From Anaeramoeba ignava BMAN (lineage: Eukaryota > Protista > Anaeramoebae): 64,000 nucleotides of DNA. The stretch is taken from assembly GCA_028826165.1 (NCBI GenBank), contig JAPDFW010000131.1, forward strand, positions 78,966-142,965, written 5' to 3'. Both the position numbers and the translations under genes were made by a program. Positions 50,688 through 58,850 of this stretch are shown piece after piece (positions within the stretch are counted from its first letter, which is position 1; the number at the start of each line of letters is the position of its first letter). The notes beneath the pieces are model-generated. The model did not search any database. It saw nothing but the letters and a program-made list of their open reading frames with translations, and was not told the origin of the DNA.

Positions 50688-51011
50688 AAAATAGAAGAAA
50701 CAATGAAAAGAATTTATTTAAATGAAAATGAAAATGAAAAAGATTTTATAATTGAAAGAAATGAAAAACAATATAAATTTCCTAAATTAATATTAATAAT
50801 GAGAAGTGAATTATATCGAGGAATGTTTTTATCTGTTACAGAAGATAAATCAAATAAAGTTACAGATTATAGTGAATTAAGTAATAAATCATTTCAAATA
50901 TTTGAATATTGGATTTATTCAAATCAAATTAAAGATGAAATTCAAATTACACAAGAAATAATTAATGAAATTAAAATTGGAATTGATTATTTTCAATCAA
51001 ATCAAAATTAA
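50688..51011 (+). pseudogene. RCC1-BTB family 3' fragment (second BTB only, no CaaX)
   Basis: KIEETMKRIYLNENENEKDFIIER...GIDYFQSNQN* is near-identical to the C-terminal ~110 aa of the array genes and starts abruptly after the ankyrin gene. Confidence 0.85.
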
Positions 51012-51086
51012 AATTAAAATCAAAATTAAAATTAAAATTAAAATTAAAATCAAAATTAAAATTAAAATTAAAATTAAAATCAAAAT

Positions 51087-51120
51087 TCATTTTTTATTTT
51101 TCATTTTTTTCTTTTTAAAA
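51087..51120 (+). promoter_or_regulatory. Putative initiator-like core promoter (tandem TCATTTT), representative instance
   Basis: Two TCATTTTT motifs within 35 nt of the ATG. The same motif precedes most starts in the window. Confidence 0.5.
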
Positions 51121-52944
51121 ATGAATGATTGTTTATTTTTTGGTTTTAATCAAAATCCAATTCTTTTCAAAAATGAACCAGAAGAAATAACAAAACCAAT
51201 TCAATTTAAATTTGAAAATGAAAATGAAAATGAAAATGAAAAACAAATTAAACAAATTTCATCAAGTTATTTTTCAACAATTTTCCTTTTTAAAAATGGA
51301 AAAGCAATAGAATATTTAAATGATTCATATCAAAATCCTGAAAAAATCCAAATTGAAGAAAATATTCAAAAAGTAACTGTTGGCTTTTCAAATGAAGCTA
51401 TTTTAACAATAGAAGGAAATGTATTTGCCAAAGGATATAATATGAATCCAAATAATCCAAATAAATTTATCAATATTTCATCATTAATTGAAGATACAAA
51501 TGATAGAATAATTGAAGATATTGTTTCTGGTTCAGACTCTATTTACTTATTAACTTCAAATCAAAATGCTTATGGAATTGGTTTAAATGAATATGGTCAA
51601 TTTGGTGTAAAAAAACCAAAAGAAACAAAAAAACCAATTTTAATGATGAAAAATGTTTCTAAAATATTTTCAGGAAATACTTCAAGTTCTGTTTTTCTTT
51701 TAAATTCAAATCAAGAATTATTTGGATGCGGTGATAATAGATATGGTAAACTTGGATTAGGAGAATCAATAATAGAAGAAGAAATCAAAAAATTAACCAA
51801 AATCCAAAATATTCCAAAAGGCAAAATAATTGATATTCAATTTTCAAATTATCATTCAATAATGTTGATTGAAAATGAAGATGAAAATCCAAATCCAAAA
51901 AGAAAACTTTATTCATGTGGTTATTCTCAATTTAATGGAATCGATAAAAATACTTATAAATTTACTGAAATCAAATCATCTTTATTTGAAAATGATGATA
52001 ATATTCTTGATTTTTCTTGTGGATATGACAATACTTTGATTTTAACTTCCAATTCAAAATTGATAGGATTTGGAAGAAATAATTATGGTGAATTAGGAAC
52101 TGGAGATATGAAAATTCAATCAATTCCAATTCAAATTGAACTTCCTAAATTAAGATTTAATGAAAATATTTTCAATTATCATCTTTCCTGTGGATCTTTC
52201 AATTCATTTCTTTATTATTCTCCTTCTTCTTTTTCCAATCTTGAAGAAGATTTAATAAAACTATTTGAAAGAAAAGAATTTTGTGATATTTCATTTAAAA
52301 CCAAAAATGGAGAAATAATTGAAGCTCATAAATTAATATTGAAATATAGATTAAATCAAAACCAAAATGAAATTGAAAAACTTCAAGAAATTATTTCAAA
52401 AAAATCAATTAAAGAATCAAATCAAATATTTGAAATGATTTATTCAAATAATTCTAAAATAAATCCAAAATTATATTCTGAAATTAAAGAAATTATAAAT
52501 TTAAATGAAAAAATTGAAGAAACAATTAAAAGAATTTATTTAAATGAAAATGAAAAAGATTTTATAATTGAAAGAAAAGAAAAACAATATAAATTCCCTA
52601 AATTAATATTAATAATGAGAAGTGAATTATATCGAGGAATGTTTTTATCTGTAACTGAAGATAAATCTAATAAAGTTACAGATTATAGTGAATTAAGTAA
52701 TGAATCATTTCAAATATTAGAATATTGGATTTATTCAAATCAAATCAAAGATGAAATTCAAATTACAAACGAAATAATTAATGAAATTAAAACTGGAATT
52801 GATTATTTTCAATTAAATCAAACAAATCCAAATTTATTTGATTTATTAATTAACAAATTTAATAATCAAAATCACAACAACAAAGAAGAAAAGAAAGAAA
52901 AGAAAGAAAAGAAAGAAAAGAAAGAAAAATGTTTAATTTTTTAA
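51121..52944 (+). CDS. RCC1-like beta-propeller + BTB-BTB protein with CaaX (CLIF), array copy 1
   Basis: RCC1 motifs 'GxNxYGQ/E(L)G', 'SCG..NTL', and BTB 'FCDISF...IEAHKLIL', 'LILIMRSELYRGMF'. The start is set at 51121 by homology (MNDCLFFG) and the upstream TCATTTT elements. Confidence 0.92.
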   Translation: MNDCLFFGFNQNPILFKNEPEEITKPIQFKFENENENENEKQIKQISSSYFSTIFLFKNGKAIEYLNDSYQNPEKIQIEENIQKVTVGFSNEAILTIEGNVFAKGYNMNPNNPNKFINISSLIEDTNDRIIEDIVSGSDSIYLLTSNQNAYGIGLNEYGQFGVKKPKETKKPILMMKNVSKIFSGNTSSSVFLLNSNQELFGCGDNRYGKLGLGESIIEEEIKKLTKIQNIPKGKIIDIQFSNYHSIMLIENEDENPNPKRKLYSCGYSQFNGIDKNTYKFTEIKSSLFENDDNILDFSCGYDNTLILTSNSKLIGFGRNNYGELGTGDMKIQSIPIQIELPKLRFNENIFNYHLSCGSFNSFLYYSPSSFSNLEEDLIKLFERKEFCDISFKTKNGEIIEAHKLILKYRLNQNQNEIEKLQEIISKKSIKESNQIFEMIYSNNSKINPKLYSEIKEIINLNEKIEETIKRIYLNENEKDFIIERKEKQYKFPKLILIMRSELYRGMFLSVTEDKSNKVTDYSELSNESFQILEYWIYSNQIKDEIQITNEIINEIKTGIDYFQLNQTNPNLFDLLINKFNNQNHNNKEEKKEKKEKKEKKEKCLIF

Positions 52945-53041
52945 ACAAGAAATCATTAATGAAAAAAAACAGAAAAAAAAAAATTTTTTTATTTTTTTAA
53001 TTTTTTTATTTTTTCATTTTTCATTTTTTTTCTTTTTAAAA

Positions 53042-54829
53042 ATGAATGAAATTATATTTTTTGGTGATAATCAAAAACCAAAAATTATCAAAAATAGACA
53101 AGAAGGATTAACAAAACCAATTCAATTTAAATTTGAAAATGAAAATGAAAATGAAAATGAAAAACAAATTAAACAAATTTCAACATCAGATTTTTCAACA
53201 ATTTTCCTTTTTAAAAATGGAAAAGCGATAGAATATTTAAGTGAAAATGATTCATATCAAAAACCTGAAAAAATCCAAATTGAAGAAAATATTCAAAAAG
53301 TATCTGTTGGTAAACAAAATGAAGCTATTTTAACAATAGAAGGAAATGTATTTGCCAAAGGAAGATATATTAATTCAAAACGATTTATCAATATTTCATC
53401 ATTAATTAAAAATAAAAAAGATAGAATAATTGAAGATATTGTTTCTGGTTCAGACTCAATTTACTTATTAACTTCAAATCAAAATGTTTATGGAATTGTT
53501 TCAAATGAATATGGTGAACTTGGATTTGATTCTCAAACACTTTTTAAAGCAGAAAAACCAGTTTTAATGATGAAAAATGTTTCTAAAATATTTTCAGGAA
53601 ACAATTCAAGACATGTTTTTCTTTTAAATTCAAATCAAGAATTATTTGGATGCGGATATAATGAACAAGGTCAACTTGGATTAGGAGAATCAAGAAAAGA
53701 AGAAAAAATCTATAAATTAACCCAAATCCAAAGTATTCCAAATGGCAAAATAATTGATATTAAATGCGCACTTTATCATTCAATAATGTTGATTGAAAAT
53801 GAAAATGAAAATCCAAAAAGAAAACTTTATTCATGTGGTTATTCTCAATTTAATGGACTTGGCAAAAATGATGGAGATACTTATAAATTTACTGAAATCA
53901 AATCATCTTTATTTGAAAATGATGATGATGATATTCTTGAAATTTCTGTTGGTTTCTCTCATACTTTGATTTTAACCAGAAAAGGGAAATTGATTGGATT
54001 TGGATATAATGAATATGGTCAATTAGGAACTGGAGATATGAAAATTCAATCAATTCCAATTCAAATTGAACTTCCTAAATTAAGATTTAATGAAAATATT
54101 TCCAATTATAATATTTATTGTGGTTCTTTCAAATCATTTCTTTATTCTTCTCCTTCTTTTTCCAATCTTGAAGAAGATTTGATAAAATTATTTGAAAGAA
54201 AAGAATTTTGTGATATTTCATTTAAAACCGAAAATGGAGAAATAATTGAAGCTCATAAATTAATATTGAAATATAGATTAAATCAAAATCAAATTGAAAA
54301 ACTTCAAGAAATTATTTCAAATAAATCAATTAAAGAATCAAATCAAATATTTGAAATGATTTATTCAAACAATTCCAAAATAAATCCAATATTATATTCT
54401 GAAATTAAAGAAATTATAAATTCCAATGAAAAAATTGAAGAAACAATGAAAAGAATTTATTTAAATGAAAATGAAAATGAAAAAGATTTTATTATTGAAA
54501 GAAAAGAAAAACAATATAAATTTCCTAAATTAATATTAATAATGAGAAGTGAATTATATCGAAGAATGCTTTTATCTGTAACAAATGATAAATCTAATAA
54601 AGTTACAGATTATAGTGAATTAAGTAATAAATCATTTCAAATAATTGAATATTGGATTTATTCAAATCAAATTAAAGAAGAAATTAAAATTACACAAGGA
54701 ATAATTAATGAAATTGAAAAAGGAATTGATTATTTTCAATTAAATCAAACAAATCCAAATTTATTTGATTTATTAATTAACAAATTTAATAATCAAAATC
54801 AAAAAAAAGAAAATTGTTTAATCTTTTAA
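53042..54829 (+). CDS. RCC1-BTB-BTB-CaaX protein (CLIF), array copy 2
   Basis: Collinear paralogue of copy 1. Confidence 0.92.
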   Translation: MNEIIFFGDNQKPKIIKNRQEGLTKPIQFKFENENENENEKQIKQISTSDFSTIFLFKNGKAIEYLSENDSYQKPEKIQIEENIQKVSVGKQNEAILTIEGNVFAKGRYINSKRFINISSLIKNKKDRIIEDIVSGSDSIYLLTSNQNVYGIVSNEYGELGFDSQTLFKAEKPVLMMKNVSKIFSGNNSRHVFLLNSNQELFGCGYNEQGQLGLGESRKEEKIYKLTQIQSIPNGKIIDIKCALYHSIMLIENENENPKRKLYSCGYSQFNGLGKNDGDTYKFTEIKSSLFENDDDDILEISVGFSHTLILTRKGKLIGFGYNEYGQLGTGDMKIQSIPIQIELPKLRFNENISNYNIYCGSFKSFLYSSPSFSNLEEDLIKLFERKEFCDISFKTENGEIIEAHKLILKYRLNQNQIEKLQEIISNKSIKESNQIFEMIYSNNSKINPILYSEIKEIINSNEKIEETMKRIYLNENENEKDFIIERKEKQYKFPKLILIMRSELYRRMLLSVTNDKSNKVTDYSELSNKSFQIIEYWIYSNQIKEEIKITQGIINEIEKGIDYFQLNQTNPNLFDLLINKFNNQNQKKENCLIF

Positions 54830-54830
54830 A

Positions 54831-54938
54831 CAAGAAATAATTAATGAAATTCAAATTGGAATTGATTATTTTCAATTAAATCAAACAAATCCAAATTTAT
54901 TTGATTTATTAATTAAAAAATTTAATAATCAAAATTAA
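54831..54938 (+). pseudogene. Duplicated 3'-terminal fragment of an RCC1-BTB gene
   Basis: Reads QEIINEIQIGIDYFQLNQTNPNLFDLLIKKFNNQN* immediately after the stop codon of copy 2. Confidence 0.8.
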
Positions 54939-54988
54939 AATTAGAATTATTTTTTTTCATTTTTTTTTCATTTTTTTTCATTTCAAAA

Positions 54989-56842
54989 ATGAATGATTGT
55001 TTATTTTTTGGTTTAAATCAAAATCCAATTCTTTTCAAAAATAAACCAGAAGAAATAACAAAACCAATTCAATTTAAATTTAAAAATGAAAATGAAAATG
55101 AAAATGAAAATGAAAATGAAAATGAAAAACAAATTAAACAAATTTCATCAAGTGATTTTTCAACAATTTTCCTTTTTGAAAATGGAAAAGCAATAGAATA
55201 TTTAAATGAAAATGATTCAAAACAAAAACCTGAAAAAATCCAAATTGAAGAAAATATTCAAAAAGTAACTGTTGGTGAACAAAATGAAGCTATTTTAACA
55301 AAAGAAGGAAATGTATTTGCAAAAGGAGAAGATATTAATCCAAAAAATCCAAATGAATTTATCAATATTTCATCATTAATTAAAGATAAAAAAGATAGAA
55401 TAATTAAAGATATTGTTTCTGGATTTAGTTCAATTTATTTATTAACTTCAAATCAAAATGCTTATGGAATTGGTTCAAATTATTATGGTCAACTTGGTGT
55501 AAAAAAACCAAAAGAAACAAAACCAATTTTAATGATGAAAAATGTTTCTAAAATATTTTCAGGAAATACTTCACTTTATGTTTTTCTTTTAAATTCAAAT
55601 CAAGAATTATTTACATGTGGATATAATGGTTATGGTCAACTTGGATTAGGAAAATCAATAATAGAAGAAGAAGAAGAAGAAATCAAAAAATTAACCAAAA
55701 TCCAAAATATTCCAAAAGGTAAAATAATTGATATTCAATCTGAATTTTATCATTCTATGATTTTAATTGAAAATGAAGAAAATAAAAGAAAACTTTATTC
55801 ATGTGGATATTGGAAATATAATTTATTTGGCAAAGATATTTATGAATTTACTGAAATCAAATCATCTTTATTTGAAAATGATGATAATATTATTGATTTT
55901 TCTGTTGGAAATGAACATACTTTGATTTTAACTTCCAAAGGGAAATTCATTGTATTTGGAAATAATAGATATGGTCAATTAGGAACTGAAGATACAAATG
56001 ATCAATTAATTCCTATTCAAATTGAACTTCCTAAATTAAGATTTAATGAAGAAATTTCTAATTATCATATTTCTTGTGGATTTAACAAATCATTTCTTTA
56101 TTATTCTCCTTTTTCTTCTTTTTCCAATCTTGAAGAAGATTTGATAAAATTATTTGAAAGAAAAGAATTTTGTGATATTTCATTTAAAACCAAAAATGGA
56201 GAAATAATTGAAGCTCATAAATTAATATTGAAATATAGATTAAATCAAAATCAAAATCAAATTGAAAAACTTCAAGAAATTATTTCAAATAAATCAATTA
56301 AAGAATCAAATCAAATATTTGAAATGATTTATTCAAACAATTCTAAAATAAATCCAAAATTATATTCTGAAATTAAAGAAATTATAAATTCAAATGAAAG
56401 AATTGAAGAAACAATTAAAAGAATTTATTTAAATGAAAATGAAAAAGATTTTATTATTGAAAGAAAAGAAAAACAATATAAATTTCCAAAATTAATATTA
56501 ATAATGAGAAGTGAATTATATCGAGGAATGTTTTTATCTGTAACTGAAGATAAATCAAATAAAGTTACAGATTATAGTGAATTAAGTAATAAATCATTTC
56601 AAATATTTGAATATTGGATTTATTCAAATCAAATTAAAGATGAAATTCAAATTACACAAGAAATTATTAATGAAATTAAAATTGGAATTGATTATTTTCA
56701 ATTAAATCAAACAAATCCAAATTTATTTGATTTATTAATTAACAAATTTAATAATCAAAATCAAAATCAAAATCAGAAACAACAAATAATTAACAAAAAC
56801 AAAACAGAAAAAACAAAAAAAGAAAATTGTTTAATTTTTTAA
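54989..56842 (+). CDS. RCC1-BTB-BTB-CaaX protein (CLIF), array copy 3
   Basis: Collinear paralogue. Confidence 0.92.
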   Translation: MNDCLFFGLNQNPILFKNKPEEITKPIQFKFKNENENENENENENEKQIKQISSSDFSTIFLFENGKAIEYLNENDSKQKPEKIQIEENIQKVTVGEQNEAILTKEGNVFAKGEDINPKNPNEFINISSLIKDKKDRIIKDIVSGFSSIYLLTSNQNAYGIGSNYYGQLGVKKPKETKPILMMKNVSKIFSGNTSLYVFLLNSNQELFTCGYNGYGQLGLGKSIIEEEEEEIKKLTKIQNIPKGKIIDIQSEFYHSMILIENEENKRKLYSCGYWKYNLFGKDIYEFTEIKSSLFENDDNIIDFSVGNEHTLILTSKGKFIVFGNNRYGQLGTEDTNDQLIPIQIELPKLRFNEEISNYHISCGFNKSFLYYSPFSSFSNLEEDLIKLFERKEFCDISFKTKNGEIIEAHKLILKYRLNQNQNQIEKLQEIISNKSIKESNQIFEMIYSNNSKINPKLYSEIKEIINSNERIEETIKRIYLNENEKDFIIERKEKQYKFPKLILIMRSELYRGMFLSVTEDKSNKVTDYSELSNKSFQIFEYWIYSNQIKDEIQITQEIINEIKIGIDYFQLNQTNPNLFDLLINKFNNQNQNQNQKQQIINKNKTEKTKKENCLIF

Positions 56843-56876
56843 TTTTTTATCTTTTCATTTTTTTTCTTTTTCAAAA

Positions 56877-58817
56877 ATGAATGATTGTTTATTTTTTGGT
56901 TCAAATGAATATCCAAAACTTTTCAAAAATAAACCAAAAATAATAAAAAATCCAATTCAATTTAAATTTGAAAATGAAAATGAAAATGAAAATGAAAAAC
57001 AAATTAAACAAATTTCATCAAGTTCTTTTTCAACAATTTTCCTTTTTAAAAATGGAAAAGCAATAGAATATTTAAATGAAAATGATTCATATCAAAATCC
57101 TGAAAAAATCCAAATTGAAGAAAATATTCAAAAAGTAACTGTTGGTGAAAAAAATAAAGCTATTTTAACAATAGAAGGAAATGCTTTTTGCAAAATATCT
57201 TCGATTAATCCAAGAATTCGAAATAAATTTATCAATATCTCATCATTAATTAAAAATAAAAAAGATAGAATAATTGAAGATATTGTTTCTGGATTTAGTT
57301 CAATTTATTTATTAACTTCAAATCAAAATGCTTATGGAATTGGTGATAATTATTATGGTCAACTTGGTATAAACACAAGGATATATGAAAGAAAACCAAT
57401 TTTAATGATGAGAAATGTTTCTAAAATATTTTCAGGAAATACTTCAAAATATGTTTTCCTTTTAAATTCAAATCAAGAATTATTTGGATGCGGATATAAT
57501 GAACATGGCCAACTTGGTTTCAGAGAAGTAATCATAGAAGAAAAAAAAGGCAATGACTTAACCAAAATCCAAAATATTCCAAAAGGCAAAATAATTGATA
57601 TTCAATGTGGAAGTTGGCATTCAATAATGTTGATTGAAAATGAAGATGAAAATCCAAAAAGAAAACTTTATTCATGTGGGCATTATGGATATAATGGACT
57701 TGGCAAAAATGAAAATACTTATAAATTTACTGAAATCAAATCATCTTTATTTGAAAATAATGATAATATTCTTGAAATTTCTGTTGGAAGATATCATACT
57801 TTGATTTTAACTTCCAATAAAAAATTGATAGGATTTGGAGATAATTATTCTGGTCAATTAGGAACTGGAAATATAGGGTATCAATTAATTCCAATTCAAA
57901 TTGAACTTCCTAAATTAAGATTTAATGAAGATATTTTCAATTATCATATTTCTTGTGGATATCAAAATTCATTTCTTTATTATTTTCCTTCTTCTTTTTC
58001 CAATCTTGAAGAAGATTTGATAAAATTATTTAGAAGAAAAGAATTTTGTAATATTTCATTTAAAACCAAAAATGGAGAAATAATTGAAGCTCATAAATTA
58101 ATATTGAAATATAGATTAAATCAAAATCAAAATGAAATTGAAAAACTTCAAGAAATTATTTCAAAAAAATCAATTAAAGAATCAAATCAAATATTTGAAA
58201 TGATTTATTCAAACAGAATAATAAATCCAAAATTATATTCAGAAATTAAAGAAATTATAAATTCAAATGAAAGAATTGAAGAAACAATGAAAAGAATTTA
58301 TTTAAATGAAAATGAAAATGAAAATGAAAAAGATTTTATAATTGAAAGAAAAGAAAAGAAATATAAATTTCCAAAATTAATATTAATAATGAGAAGTGAA
58401 TTATATCGAGGAATGTTTTTATCTGTAACTGAAGATACTTCAAATAAAGTTACAGATTATAGTGAATTAAGTAATGAATCATTTCAAATATTTGAATATT
58501 GGATTTATTCAAATCAAATTAAAGATGAAATTCAAATTACAAAAGAAATAATCCAATTTGATGATTATGATGATTTAAATGAACATAAATTTAAATTAAT
58601 AAAATATTCTGAAACTACAAAGAAAATTACAAAAGAAATGATTGAAGAAATAGAAAGAGGAATTGATTATTTTCAATTAAATCAAACAAATCCAAATTTA
58701 TTTGATTTATTAATTAACAAATTTAATAATCAAAATCAAAATCAAAATCAGAAACAACAAATAATTAACAAAAACAAAACAGAAAAAACAAAAGAAGAAA
58801 ATTGTTTAATTGTTTAA
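56877..58817 (+). CDS. RCC1-BTB-BTB-CaaX protein (CLIV), array copy 4, with a 30-aa insertion in BTB2
   Basis: Collinear paralogue. Confidence 0.92.
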   Translation: MNDCLFFGSNEYPKLFKNKPKIIKNPIQFKFENENENENEKQIKQISSSSFSTIFLFKNGKAIEYLNENDSYQNPEKIQIEENIQKVTVGEKNKAILTIEGNAFCKISSINPRIRNKFINISSLIKNKKDRIIEDIVSGFSSIYLLTSNQNAYGIGDNYYGQLGINTRIYERKPILMMRNVSKIFSGNTSKYVFLLNSNQELFGCGYNEHGQLGFREVIIEEKKGNDLTKIQNIPKGKIIDIQCGSWHSIMLIENEDENPKRKLYSCGHYGYNGLGKNENTYKFTEIKSSLFENNDNILEISVGRYHTLILTSNKKLIGFGDNYSGQLGTGNIGYQLIPIQIELPKLRFNEDIFNYHISCGYQNSFLYYFPSSFSNLEEDLIKLFRRKEFCNISFKTKNGEIIEAHKLILKYRLNQNQNEIEKLQEIISKKSIKESNQIFEMIYSNRIINPKLYSEIKEIINSNERIEETMKRIYLNENENENEKDFIIERKEKKYKFPKLILIMRSELYRGMFLSVTEDTSNKVTDYSELSNESFQIFEYWIYSNQIKDEIQITKEIIQFDDYDDLNEHKFKLIKYSETTKKITKEMIEEIERGIDYFQLNQTNPNLFDLLINKFNNQNQNQNQKQQIINKNKTEKTKEENCLIV

Positions 58818-58850
58818 TTTTTTATCTTTTCATTTTTTTTCTTTTCAAAA

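Noticed and set aside
50965-51120. N-terminal extension of array copy 1 in the ORF track
   Set aside because: It runs through the preceding fragment and an AAAATT repeat. Paralogues start at MNDCLFFG (51121).
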